Source: Vicinamibacterales bacterium (GTDB lineage Bacteria; Acidobacteriota; Vicinamibacteria; Vicinamibacterales; SCN-69-37). From it: a stretch of DNA of 64,000 nt. Under the pieces are notes generated by a model. That model was not told the DNA's origin, did not search any database, and was given only the letters and a program-made list of their open reading frames with translations. A program made the position numbers and the translations under genes. The stretch's first letter is position 1; each line of letters begins with the position of its first letter. Shown here piece after piece: positions 1 to 9,392 of this stretch. Location of the stretch: assembly GCA_038319675.1 (NCBI GenBank), contig JBBQDM010000002.1:273562-337561 (forward strand), given 5' to 3'.

Positions 1-415
1 GCAGCGCCACGATCACGCGCTCCCCCACCGGTAGCCACAGTCCAGGTGCAGTGCCGTTGGGATTGTCGAGGACGATGGCACCGTGCGGCACCTGCGCCTG
101 CCGACGGTTGATGTCCGGCATCGACAGACCGCGGCTGGCGAAGCGTCGTGCGATCGCCTCAACGACAGCAGGATCTTCGTCTGCAGTCACCTCCGCCGCG
201 GCCATGATGGCCTCGCGCGTCAGATCATCATCGGTCGGCCCCAGTCCCCCGGAGGTGACGACGATGTCGACGCGGTCGAGGGCAAGGCGCAGCGCCGCCT
301 CCAGCGCGGCGGGCCGATCGGAGACGACGCTTTTGGACACCACGTCGATGCCAAGGTCGTTGAGTCGGCTTGTGAGAAAGAGGGAGTTGGTGTCGACCCG
401 GAACGGGGTCAACAT
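1..415 (-). CDS. cinA: CinA-family protein, N-terminal MoCF-binding domain (3' part of the gene lies beyond the left edge)
   Basis: Absent from the ORF track because it runs off the edge. Manual minus-strand translation from ATG 415-413 gives MLTPFRVDTNSLFLTSRLNDLGIDVV...VDIVVTSGGLGPTDDDLTREA. This is the MogA/MoaB-like signature of CinA N-termini. It lies 38 nt downstream of pgpA. Confidence 0.75.
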   Translation of the reverse strand, partial: MLTPFRVDTNSLFLTSRLNDLGIDVVSKSVVSDRPAALEAALRLALDRVDIVVTSGGLGPTDDDLTREAIMAAAEVTADEDPAVVEAIARRFASRGLSMPDINRRQAQVPHGAIVLDNPNGTAPGLWLPVGERVIVAL

Positions 416-453
416 TTCAGACCCAATCGCGAGAATTTCGGCAGTTCGAGGAA

Positions 454-909
454 TCAGAGACCCGGCCACCACCACAGGATACCGGTGACCACGACCCAGC
501 CGTACACTCCGGCCATCAAATCGTCAGCCACGATCCCCACGCCGCCGGGCAGGTCTTCGAGCTGGCGGGCCGGGGGCGGTTTGATGATGTCGAACACGCG
601 AAAGACAAAAAAGCCGATGATCGCCCCCCACAGGTTGGCGCCTGTCAGGCACAACGTCACCAACTGGCCGGCGACCTCATCGATCACAACGGGCCCCGGA
701 TCCTCGCGTTTGAGCGCGGTGGCGGCCACACCGGACGCCCAGATGCCCACGAGTGTCACGCCGACCAGCAGGGCGATTTGCCAGGAGGCGGGCCAGTGAC
801 GTGTGGCCAGATACAACACCACACCCACGGCGGAGCCGACAGTGCCCGGCGCAAACGGGAAAAACCCCGCGCCGCCGACTGTGGCGATCGCAACGGCGAG
901 ACGACTCAC
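454..909 (-). CDS. pgpA: phosphatidylglycerophosphatase A
   Basis: 151 aa with a GFFPFAPGTVGS motif and a hydrophobic C-half typical of PgpA. GTGA start/stop overlap with the upstream gene. Confidence 0.85.
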   Translation of the reverse strand: MSRLAVAIATVGGAGFFPFAPGTVGSAVGVVLYLATRHWPASWQIALLVGVTLVGIWASGVAATALKREDPGPVVIDEVAGQLVTLCLTGANLWGAIIGFFVFRVFDIIKPPPARQLEDLPGGVGIVADDLMAGVYGWVVVTGILWWWPGL

Positions 910-1904
910 GCCTGAACCACGCGGGTGTGCGCCATCCGGTCGTGCACTGCGAGACCTGTGCCCGAGAACGCGGCGACCACCCCTGCGCCCAGCGGCAGCA
1001 TCAACAACGCGCGCACCGTGGCCTGCCGCAGCGAGACACGATCCTCGTCCTCATCCGACACCACGCGCAGCCCCATCAACATCTTGCCAATCGTCTGCCC
1101 GTTGGCGGCCGTGAACATGATTTCGTAGCCGATGCCCACAAGCGCAAAAAAGGCGAGTAACGGCAGAATCGGCAGCGTGGCCACCTGCGCGAACGGCAGC
1201 TCCACCACTCGCAGCGTAAACGCGATCGTCACCGCCGCCACACTACCCAACACGGCCAGATCGATCACAGCAGCCCCGACGCGGGCCCCCATCGACACGG
1301 TCGCGGCGCTGTACGGCGCAAACGCCGCAGGCTCTTCTGTCGGATACAGCACCGGCTCCCGGTGCATCCCCGTCGGAGCGACGGGCGCGTCCGTGACGTC
1401 CTCCGCACTGTCGAGCAAATCCCGTTCATGCGCCACCGGGGCGTACCGCGCGCGCAGCTTCGCCGGATCCGGCGTCGCCTTCCGCACCGCGAGAGGTGGC
1501 CTTGGCCGCGCCGGTACTTTCACCAGCGGAGTGAGGTCTTCTTCGTCATCGGCCATGTCGCGCACAAACAGCGGCAGTTCCGTGGTCATGATCGGTGCGG
1601 TCATCGGTGCCGCCGCCCGTGCGGCAGGAGGCGCAACTTTCACGGCCGGTTTCGGCATGGCCGGTGGGGTCATGGTGGCGACTCCGCCACCGCTGTCGCG
1701 TCGCCAACTGCCCCCATCCTCCGTGCCGACCCGACCGGCTCCGTCATGGCGGCCATGAGAGAGGTCCAGGTCGAAGTCCGCCAGCACGTCGCGCTCGGCC
1801 GGCGCCAGATCGAGTTCCATTTCATCGATCGACAAGTCGTGGCCGCAGTTCTTGCAGCGTGGTTCGGGCTCAAAGCTCAGGTAGTGGCACTTGGTGCATC
1901 TCAT
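906..1904 (-). CDS. RDD-family membrane protein with N-terminal zinc ribbon
   Basis: N-terminus MRCTKCHYLSFEPEPRCKNCGH (CxxC...CxxC), a Pro/Ala-rich linker, and a C-terminal multi-TM RDD-like domain. ATGA overlap with the upstream gene. Confidence 0.7.
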   Translation of the reverse strand: MRCTKCHYLSFEPEPRCKNCGHDLSIDEMELDLAPAERDVLADFDLDLSHGRHDGAGRVGTEDGGSWRRDSGGGVATMTPPAMPKPAVKVAPPAARAAAPMTAPIMTTELPLFVRDMADDEEDLTPLVKVPARPRPPLAVRKATPDPAKLRARYAPVAHERDLLDSAEDVTDAPVAPTGMHREPVLYPTEEPAAFAPYSAATVSMGARVGAAVIDLAVLGSVAAVTIAFTLRVVELPFAQVATLPILPLLAFFALVGIGYEIMFTAANGQTIGKMLMGLRVVSDEDEDRVSLRQATVRALLMLPLGAGVVAAFSGTGLAVHDRMAHTRVVQA

Positions 1905-2686
1905 CGTGTTCCCCCGGAGGTTGTGGCGGCCAACAACACGCGTTGAATCTCCACCCGTAACGTATCGGCTTCAGTGCGCTCGGCCTGTTCAGCCCCAACG
2001 CGATCAAGTGCGACCAGCGCTTCTGCCAGTCGTCCGCGCACATACAGGGCACGCGCCCGAATCAAGGCGACTTCCGCGCCTGACAGCACCGGCACGGTAA
2101 CTGGCGTCGGGGCAAGCACAGGCCCCTGCTGCACCGACTGCAAGCCCAATCGCGTGCGCAGGGCCGGACTGCTCAGCACAACGACGGCGACCACAACCAC
2201 CACAGCAGCGGTCAGGTCACGACGACGGATGCGGTAGTTGGCGAGGGTGCGACCATGCCGCCACCAGTCGGTGGAGGGGGCGGGCACCGCATGAATTCGT
2301 GGTGCACCACCCATCACGCGCTCGAGCCGCTCCAGGCGCAAGCGAAGCGCGGCCGTGCGTTCATCGTCGCCCGTGGTGGTGATGACCTGGGTCAGTCGGG
2401 TGCGGGCTTCCCCGGCGCGACCCGCGTCGAGCAGTTCGCCCACCGTCTGCAGCGTTTCGTCCGAGCGGCGCTGGCGTTCGGCAATGGCCCCTCGGGCGCG
2501 CTCAATGTAGGCCCGTGCGCTGGCCTGGTGTCGATCGAGGAACAAGACCCGCGTCCAGAGGTGGATCGCATCCTCGTAGCGTCCGTCAAAATATCGTTCG
2601 AGCCCCTCGATGAGCAGACCGTCAACGCGAGGATCCCCTCCAGTGGGGTGCTCAGCGGGCGGCGCGGGTCTCGGGGTCTCGGCCAT
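1901..2686 (-). CDS. TPR-like membrane-anchored protein, function unknown
   Basis: The track ORF 1901..3109 overlaps the divergent formimidoyltransferase gene, so I trimmed it to ATG 2686 (MAETPRP...). Helical repeat regions flank one TM segment (AAVVVVVAVVVL). Confidence 0.55.
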   Translation of the reverse strand: MAETPRPAPPAEHPTGGDPRVDGLLIEGLERYFDGRYEDAIHLWTRVLFLDRHQASARAYIERARGAIAERQRRSDETLQTVGELLDAGRAGEARTRLTQVITTTGDDERTAALRLRLERLERVMGGAPRIHAVPAPSTDWWRHGRTLANYRIRRRDLTAAVVVVVAVVVLSSPALRTRLGLQSVQQGPVLAPTPVTVPVLSGAEVALIRARALYVRGRLAEALVALDRVGAEQAERTEADTLRVEIQRVLLAATTSGGTR

Positions 2687-2758
2687 CAATGTCGCGGAGC
2701 ATAACAAGTCGCGCAACGAAGTACAAGCCCCCCCTGTGCCGTGTGGAATAATCCGGGG

Positions 2759-3649
2759 ATGGCCATCGTCGAATGTATTGCAAATATCAGTGAGGGGCGC
2801 CGGGAAGAGGTGCTGAACCGGTGTGCAGACGCCATTCGGGCGACAGGCGCCAAGTTGCTCGATGTGAAGCCGGATGGCACCCATCACCGCACCGTCTACA
2901 GTTTTGCCGGGACACCGGAGACGGTGAAAGCCGCGACGCTGGCGCTTTTTGCCGAGGCGCTCGGCGCGATCGACCTGCGACACCATAAAGGCGAACACCC
3001 CCGCCTGGGCGCTGTGGACGTGGTGCCGTTCGTCCCCATTGAGGGGGCGACGATGGCCGACTGCGTGGCGCTGGCGCGCGAGGTCGCAGCGGAAGTGGCG
3101 GCCCTGCACGGGCTGCCGATTTATCTGTATGAAGAGGCCGCCACGTCACCGGCCCGCCGGAACCTCGAGGATGTTCGCCGCGGTGAATTCGAAGGCCTCG
3201 CTGCCAAGATGCAGAAGCCCGAGTGGGCCCCCGACTTTGGCCCGGCCACTCCGCACGTGTCAGCCGGTGCCACCGTGATGGGGGCCCGGATGCCCCTCAT
3301 CGCCTACAACATCAACCTGGCCACCAACCGGCTTGATGTGGCCAAAAAAATCGCCTCCGCCGTGCGCCACAGCACCGGCGGTTTCCGCTACGTCAAAGCG
3401 ATGGGACTGGCGCTGGAAGACCGAGGCATCGTGCAGGTCTCGATGAACCTGACGAACTTCGAGAAGACGCCGCTGTATCGGGTGTTCGAGATGGTCAAGC
3501 GCGAAGCCGAGCGGTACGGCGTGTCGGTGCTCGAAAGCGAGATCATCGGCCTCGTGCCATCAGCCGCGCTCACCCACTCTGCGGCCTGGTATCTGCAAGT
3601 CGAAGGGTTCACCGACGCGCAGGTGCTCGAACACGCCATGAACAAGTGA
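2759..3649 (+). CDS. glutamate formimidoyltransferase (FTCD N-domain type)
   Basis: MAIVECIANISEGRREEVL matches the conserved N-terminus of formiminotransferases, and the size (about 296 aa) is right. GTG 2741 is an alternative start. Confidence 0.8.
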   Translation: MAIVECIANISEGRREEVLNRCADAIRATGAKLLDVKPDGTHHRTVYSFAGTPETVKAATLALFAEALGAIDLRHHKGEHPRLGAVDVVPFVPIEGATMADCVALAREVAAEVAALHGLPIYLYEEAATSPARRNLEDVRRGEFEGLAAKMQKPEWAPDFGPATPHVSAGATVMGARMPLIAYNINLATNRLDVAKKIASAVRHSTGGFRYVKAMGLALEDRGIVQVSMNLTNFEKTPLYRVFEMVKREAERYGVSVLESEIIGLVPSAALTHSAAWYLQVEGFTDAQVLEHAMNK

Positions 3650-3651
3650 AT

Positions 3652-5025
3652 TCACATTTTGTCGGTGCCCATCCCCAGGCCCTTCATCTTGCGATAGAGG
3701 TTCGAGCGTTCCACACCGAGCACATCAGCGGTGCGTGAGATGTTGCCCTCACAGGCGGCGAGCGCGGCTTTGATGTAGTCACGCTCCCAGTCGTCACGCG
3801 CCGTATAAAGCGGCTGCAGGATGGGCGGCTCGTCCCCGGACACAGCGGCATGCAGGTGCGCGGGCGCCGACACACCAAGAAACGCCAGGTCGGTCGCCGA
3901 GATGGTCTCGCCGGGCACCATGATCATCACGCGTTCGATCACGTTGCGCAGTTCGCGCACGTTGCCGGGCCAGCGGAAGCTGCACAATACGGCCTCGGCG
4001 TCGACCGTCAGACGTTTCAGCCGACGCCCGTACTCGCGCGCCACCTCGCTGACGAAGTGTCTGGCCAGCACGACCACGTCGTGGTGCCGATCGCGCAGGG
4101 CGGGCACGTGGATCGGGATGACATTGAGGCGGAAGAACAGGTCCTCGCGAAAACGATGACCGCGAATCTCCTCGAGCAAGTCCTTGTTGGTGGCCGCGAT
4201 CACGCGCACGTCCACACGCACACTCTGCTGCCCGCCCACCGGTTCGACGACCTGCTCCTGCAGGGCCCGCAAGACCTTGGCCTGCGTCTTGAGGCTCATG
4301 TCGCCGATTTCGTCGAGAAACAACGTGCCGCCGTGTGCCAGCTCGAACTTGCCGCGCCGATCCGCCACGGCCCCGGTGAACGCGCCCCGGGCATGGCCAA
4401 ACAACTCGGATTCAATCAGCTCTTCGGGAATCGCCGCGCAGTTGACCTCGATGAACGGCCCGTCGCGCCGCTGGCTCAACAGATGGATATGCCGCGCCAC
4501 CAGTTCCTTGCCCGTGCCGTTCTCCCCAGAAATCAGCACGCGGCCGTTGGTGGGCGCCGCCATCGCAATCTGTTCCTTCAGGCGGCCGATGACCGAGCTC
4601 TCGCCGATCATCACAAAGCGTCGGTCCACCCGCGCCCGTAACGCGCGGTTCTCGGCCTCGAGTTGATGCTGCCGAATCGCGTTGCGCACGACCAGGACGG
4701 TTTTGTCGAGTGACAGCGGCTTTTCGACGAAGTCAAACGCACCGAGTTTGGTGGCCCGCACGGCATTTTCAATGCTGCCGTGCCCGGAAATCATCACCAC
4801 CTCGGCTTCCAATCCGCGGGCACGGAGTTCTTCAAGGGTGTCGAGCCCGTCCATGCCGGGCAGCCAGATATCGAGCAGCAACACGTCGTAGGCCTTGCGA
4901 CGCACCTGCTCGAGGCAGGCTTCGCCGCTGTCCACCGTGTCGACCTGGTAGCCTTCGTCGCGCAGGACGCCGGCCAGCGAGGAGCGCACACCCGCTTCGT
5001 CGTCAACGATGAGAATCGTGGCCAT
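3652..5025 (-). CDS. ntrX: sigma54-dependent response regulator (NtrC/NtrX family)
   Basis: REC domain (IVDDEAGVR, LPGMDG). AAA+ domain with Walker A GENGTGKE and an intact GAFTGA loop. C-terminal Fis-type HTH (NISRTADVLGVERSNLYRKMK). Confidence 0.9.
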   Translation of the reverse strand: MATILIVDDEAGVRSSLAGVLRDEGYQVDTVDSGEACLEQVRRKAYDVLLLDIWLPGMDGLDTLEELRARGLEAEVVMISGHGSIENAVRATKLGAFDFVEKPLSLDKTVLVVRNAIRQHQLEAENRALRARVDRRFVMIGESSVIGRLKEQIAMAAPTNGRVLISGENGTGKELVARHIHLLSQRRDGPFIEVNCAAIPEELIESELFGHARGAFTGAVADRRGKFELAHGGTLFLDEIGDMSLKTQAKVLRALQEQVVEPVGGQQSVRVDVRVIAATNKDLLEEIRGHRFREDLFFRLNVIPIHVPALRDRHHDVVVLARHFVSEVAREYGRRLKRLTVDAEAVLCSFRWPGNVRELRNVIERVMIMVPGETISATDLAFLGVSAPAHLHAAVSGDEPPILQPLYTARDDWERDYIKAALAACEGNISRTADVLGVERSNLYRKMKGLGMGTDKM

Positions 5026-5055
5026 TAAATGTCGCTTCCGCCTATTCCGCTCTAC

Positions 5056-7338
5056 CTATTCAGCCGGCAGCACCACGGTGACCACCGCCCCTGAAGGGAT
5101 GGCGTCGCCCACGTCGATGCTGCCTCCATGTTCGGCGATGATGCGCTGCACGATCGCCAGTCCCAGCCCGCTGCCCCGGCCCTTGGTTGAATAGTACGGC
5201 ATGAAGAGTTTGTCGCGTTCAGCGACGGGCACACCTGGGCCGTTATCGGTCACCGTCAGCACGACGGATGGCCCCGCAGGATCCGCATGGGCGGCCACCA
5301 CAATGGTTGGCGCGGTGCCGTCGGGACGCGCAGGTCCGGACGGCCCACCGAGCGCTTCCATGGCGTTGTCGATCAAATTGATGATGACCTGCCGCATCTG
5401 TTCCACGTCCACACGTACCAGTGGCAGCCCCGTCGCCAGCTGCGGCACGATGCGCAGTGTGCCCTGCTGCAACACACCGACATACAGCGCGAGGGTGTCT
5501 TTGATGATGGCACTCAGGTCCGCAGGCGCCATCCTCGGACCGCGCAGTCGTGCAAACTGCGCAAACTCGTCCACCAGTCCCTTGAGGGCGTCCACCTCGG
5601 TGATGATCGCGCCTGTGCACTCCTCCACCAGCGCTTTCGCATTGGGAGGTCCCGACGCAAAGTTGCGCCGGAGCCGTTCGGCGCTGAGCTGAATCGGCGT
5701 GAGCGGATTTTTGATTTCGTGCGCGAGTCGTCGCGCCACATCGCGCCATGCCGCCACTCGTTGCGTCCGGATCAACGGCGTCACATCGTCGAGCACCAGC
5801 ACCGCGCCGGCGTCCACCCCGTCAGCGCCGAGCAGGGCGGTGGCCGCCGCGGCCAGATGTAATTCGCCCTCGGGACCACTGATGGTGATCTCCTCAATGC
5901 CGGCCCGGCTTCCACCGGGCATCAACAGCGGCCACAAGACCTGCAGGTCATCACGTGACAACACAGCCTGCGCCAATTGCCCCACCACGTCGGTATCCAG
6001 GCCGAGCAACCGCATGGCGGCACCGTTGATTGTCGAGATGCGGCCTGTCGCGTCCACAGAGATGACGCCTGTGGCCACCCGCTCGAGCACCGTCTCGATG
6101 TAGCGACGCCGCGTTTCGATCTCGACGTTTTTGGCCGAGAGCGCCTGACGCGACTGCTCAAGTCGCTCCTGGCTCGAGCCCAGTTCGGCCGCCATGGTGT
6201 TGAACGATTCCACCAGCGAGCCCAGTTCGTCACTGGTCTCGGGTTCGAGACGCATGTCGAGGCGACCCGCGCCGATCGCTCGTGCTCCTTCGGCCAGCAT
6301 CTGCACCGGCCTGGTGATGCGTTTGGCGATGTAGAAGCCGAACCACGTGGCGCTGGTGAGAATCAACAGCGTGATGGTCAGGAAAACGTACAGATAAAAA
6401 CCCTGCAGCGGGCCGCTCATCATGCGGAGCTGGCGCCACTGGTTGTAGGCGTTGGTCGCCCGGCGCGCATCGGCGGTCATCGCCTCGGAGACGTGCAGCG
6501 ACACCACCACAACGCCCACCACCGCGTTGTCCACGGTGCGGACCGGTGCACCGGCGCGAATCAGGGTGCCGCCACTGGGCACCGCATCCTCGGTGGTGTC
6601 AGCGTCCCCGCTTGCCGCCACACGTGCCGCCAGGCGGTCAGCCGACGCCCGCACCGCATCCGGAGGTGGCGAGCCGACCTGCTGGGCCAACAGAAACGTC
6701 GCGTCACGCTCCCCGGTGGCCGTCGGCACGGTCTGGTATACCTCCACCAGTCCGTCACGCATCGTGGCCAACTCACCGCGCACCAGTGCCGACAGCCCGG
6801 CCACGTCGCCCGTGTCGATCAGATCCGGGGGAATGACCGTGGAGAGGCGATTGGCCCGGAGGATCACCGAATCCTGGCGCTCGCGGTAGTACTGCGCCGC
6901 GATCGTGGACGCGGAGTCCAGCGCCTCGTCCACCGGTACGCTGAACCAGCGGTCTGCACTGCTGCGCAGAAACTCGCTGCCGATGATCAGCACCAGTGAC
7001 GCCGGCACAATCGTCATGGCGAGCAGGGCGGCCACGAGTTTGGCGCGAAAGCGCGCGAACGGGGCGCCGCGCCGACGCTCCACCCACAGTTTGATAATGT
7101 TGCGGCCAAGGACAAACAGCAGCGCCAGCAGTGTCGAGAGGGCCACGGCCGCCAGGGCGTAGAACACGCCCTCGTTGACAACCATCTCCTCCATGCGGCT
7201 GATGCGACCAGGCACCCAAAGCACCGCCACCAGCACGGCCACCAGCAACAGCGCGAGTCCGACGAGCGCCCGGGGGTTGTCCAGCGTACGCCGGCGCACG
7301 GGCGGCGCAGGGGGCGGAGGCGGCGCGTCGAGCAGCAT
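5056..7338 (-). CDS. ntrY: NtrY-like sensor histidine kinase
   Basis: 760 aa with an N-terminal multi-TM region, HAMP and PAS. H-box HEIKNPLTPI and ATPase boxes IDNAMEA, DNGPGV, GSGLGLAIV. It lies 30 nt upstream of the NtrC-type regulator. Confidence 0.85.
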   Translation of the reverse strand: MLLDAPPPPPAPPVRRRTLDNPRALVGLALLLVAVLVAVLWVPGRISRMEEMVVNEGVFYALAAVALSTLLALLFVLGRNIIKLWVERRRGAPFARFRAKLVAALLAMTIVPASLVLIIGSEFLRSSADRWFSVPVDEALDSASTIAAQYYRERQDSVILRANRLSTVIPPDLIDTGDVAGLSALVRGELATMRDGLVEVYQTVPTATGERDATFLLAQQVGSPPPDAVRASADRLAARVAASGDADTTEDAVPSGGTLIRAGAPVRTVDNAVVGVVVVSLHVSEAMTADARRATNAYNQWRQLRMMSGPLQGFYLYVFLTITLLILTSATWFGFYIAKRITRPVQMLAEGARAIGAGRLDMRLEPETSDELGSLVESFNTMAAELGSSQERLEQSRQALSAKNVEIETRRRYIETVLERVATGVISVDATGRISTINGAAMRLLGLDTDVVGQLAQAVLSRDDLQVLWPLLMPGGSRAGIEEITISGPEGELHLAAAATALLGADGVDAGAVLVLDDVTPLIRTQRVAAWRDVARRLAHEIKNPLTPIQLSAERLRRNFASGPPNAKALVEECTGAIITEVDALKGLVDEFAQFARLRGPRMAPADLSAIIKDTLALYVGVLQQGTLRIVPQLATGLPLVRVDVEQMRQVIINLIDNAMEALGGPSGPARPDGTAPTIVVAAHADPAGPSVVLTVTDNGPGVPVAERDKLFMPYYSTKGRGSGLGLAIVQRIIAEHGGSIDVGDAIPSGAVVTVVLPAE

Positions 7339-7874
7339 CAGCGGCCTGCGGACAACTCCACGCGACCAGACACCGACGACCGGCCGAACGGCCAGGGGGA
7401 GAAACCGCGCGGCAGACTGTCGCGCGCCACCACACGAATGTAGTACTCGCCGGAGCCGCGCACGGCGTCGATGTCGTCGAGCGTGACCCGTTCAAACTGG
7501 GTCATCCAGCTGCGCATCTCCTCCACCTTCTGCGTCTGCTGCGACCAGTGCACCTTGCCGTCACGCAGTTTCGACACCTGATACGCGCCAGTCAACGTGT
7601 CAAATTTCACGGTGGACGCGAGCTCAGCCACCGCCAGCGTGCGATCGAACCAGAGCGTGACCGTCCGGCGCAACTCGGCCGTGAAGCTGAACGTCACCAC
7701 CATGCCGCTCTGCACCGCTTCATGCGCCGCCTCGGAAAACACTTCAGGAGCGGCAAACGTGGCCATGACCTTGTCATCAGACAACACAGGGGTGATCCGT
7801 ACAGGCGACGCCAGCAGCGTCACTGACACCAGCATCACGGCCACAAGCATCCACAGACAAGGAATACGGCGCAT
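7338..7874 (-). CDS. exported DUF4390-like protein
   Basis: 178 aa with a signal peptide. The sequence pattern and the position directly upstream of ntrY resemble DUF4390. ATGA overlaps on both sides. The family call is from memory only. Confidence 0.55.
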   Translation of the reverse strand: MRRIPCLWMLVAVMLVSVTLLASPVRITPVLSDDKVMATFAAPEVFSEAAHEAVQSGMVVTFSFTAELRRTVTLWFDRTLAVAELASTVKFDTLTGAYQVSKLRDGKVHWSQQTQKVEEMRSWMTQFERVTLDDIDAVRGSGEYYIRVVARDSLPRGFSPWPFGRSSVSGRVELSAGR

Positions 7875-8326
7875 CAGGATTTAAACAGATCGTTCAGTTC
7901 GTGTTTGAACTCGTCAATGTCGCGGAAGTTGCGATACACCGACGCGAATCGCACGTACGCCACCTTGTCGAGCTGCCGCAGGGCCTCCATCACATGGGCC
8001 CCAATTTCTTCGGTACTCATCTCACGTTCAGACTTGTCCTGCAGCGCTGATTCCACGGCATCCGCCACATCATCAAGCGCCGACACACGCACCGGTCGCT
8101 TTTCGCACGCTTTGAGCAATCCCGCGACCAGCTTCTGCCGCTCGAAACGCTCCCGCCGGCCATCCTTCTTCACCACCATGTACGGAATTTCGTCGATCCG
8201 TTCGTACGAGGTGAACCGACGGCCGCACTCCAGGCATTCGCGGCGACGCCGAATGACATCGCCCTCCTTGCTTTCGCGGGAATCGACCACCTTGTCGCCG
8301 AGGTGTGTGCAATAGGGACACTTCAC
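7874..8326 (-). CDS. nrdR: transcriptional repressor NrdR
   Basis: MKCPYC...CLECGRRFTSYERIDE zinc ribbon followed by an ATP-cone; 150 aa. GTG start overlaps the upstream stop (GTGA). Confidence 0.9.
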   Translation of the reverse strand: MKCPYCTHLGDKVVDSRESKEGDVIRRRRECLECGRRFTSYERIDEIPYMVVKKDGRRERFERQKLVAGLLKACEKRPVRVSALDDVADAVESALQDKSEREMSTEEIGAHVMEALRQLDKVAYVRFASVYRNFRDIDEFKHELNDLFKS

Positions 8327-9345
8327 TGCGCGTCTGTCTCCTTGGTGCTCATGCGCTTCAGCCCGCCGAGCGTCAGCCCGGACTGCGCCATGAACACAAA
8401 TCCGAGAATCGCCACCGGCACAAACGACACCAGGTGCAACACAATGGCGGCGGCAGCCGCCGCATCAGCCCCGGCGCCGAAATAGGTCATCACCGCAAAC
8501 TGATACGCCACGTGAAACCCTCCCGCGCCGCCGGGGGTGGGCACTGCCACGCCGACCACCAGATACATCACCACAAGGAACGACCCGGCAAACGCCATCG
8601 TCAAACCAAACGCCAGGGTCACCAGCCAGATGCCGAGACAAATCGACACCCACAACAGCAAAGACCAGGCGAGTGTCTTGATCAGCGCAATCGGATCGCG
8701 CATCACGCCGAGGCCTTCCGCAAACTTCCGGGCAAATTCACCGACCGCCGCCGCCACCTTGGTCGGCAACCACCGCGTCAGACGGTCCACCAGCAGGCCA
8801 AGCCGCTCGGGATGCCCGGCACAGGCAAAGAGTATGCCCAGGGCGGCCAGGGCCGCAACCGCCGCACTCACCCCCGCCAATCGGGTTTCAGTGCCCACGT
8901 CGACGCCCAAAAACGGCAACGCGGCCGCGAACAGCAGCAACACGGCCGTCAGGTCCAACACCCGTTCAACAATGATGGTGGCGAACGTGGCCGACACACT
9001 CAGCCGTTCTTCCTTGGCGAGCAGGTACGGGCGCAGCACCTCGCCGATGCGGGCCGGAAGCAGAAACGTGGCCGTGAAGCCGATGATGGTGGTGCGAAAC
9101 GCCGGGCCAAACCGCACGGTGCCTATCGGGGCCAGCAACAGTTGCCACCGCCACGCCCGAATCACATACGTCTGGATGGTTGTCACCACGGCCACAGCCA
9201 GCAGCCACGGATTCGCGTTGGCAAATGCACGCCCGAATTCGGCCCAGTCCAGGTCCTTCAGGAACCACCACATGAGCACCGCCGTCAACGCGGCGATGAC
9301 CAGGCCGGACCAGGGAAACTTCTTCGTTGAGGTGGTGGACGACAT
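8323..9345 (-). CDS. UPF0104 / lysylphosphatidylglycerol-synthase-TM-region-like flippase-type membrane protein
   Basis: 340 aa with about 8 TM helices and the overall pattern of the UPF0104 family. First gene of the coupled operon. Confidence 0.65.
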   Translation of the reverse strand: MSSTTSTKKFPWSGLVIAALTAVLMWWFLKDLDWAEFGRAFANANPWLLAVAVVTTIQTYVIRAWRWQLLLAPIGTVRFGPAFRTTIIGFTATFLLPARIGEVLRPYLLAKEERLSVSATFATIIVERVLDLTAVLLLFAAALPFLGVDVGTETRLAGVSAAVAALAALGILFACAGHPERLGLLVDRLTRWLPTKVAAAVGEFARKFAEGLGVMRDPIALIKTLAWSLLLWVSICLGIWLVTLAFGLTMAFAGSFLVVMYLVVGVAVPTPGGAGGFHVAYQFAVMTYFGAGADAAAAAAIVLHLVSFVPVAILGFVFMAQSGLTLGGLKRMSTKETDAQ

Positions 9346-9392
9346 ACGGGAAAGAGCCTCGGTACTATAAGGCTAGAATTGGTGGTAATTAC

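Noticed and set aside
1901-3109. 5'-extended versions of track ORFs: 1901..3109, 14042..15142, 24038..25966, 25644..27035, 28148..30874, 38041..40116, 42875..46117, 49411..49803 and 59246..60643.
   Set aside because: The extensions overlap neighbouring genes or precede obvious signal peptides or RBS sites. Internal starts give canonical N-termini, so the coordinates were trimmed.
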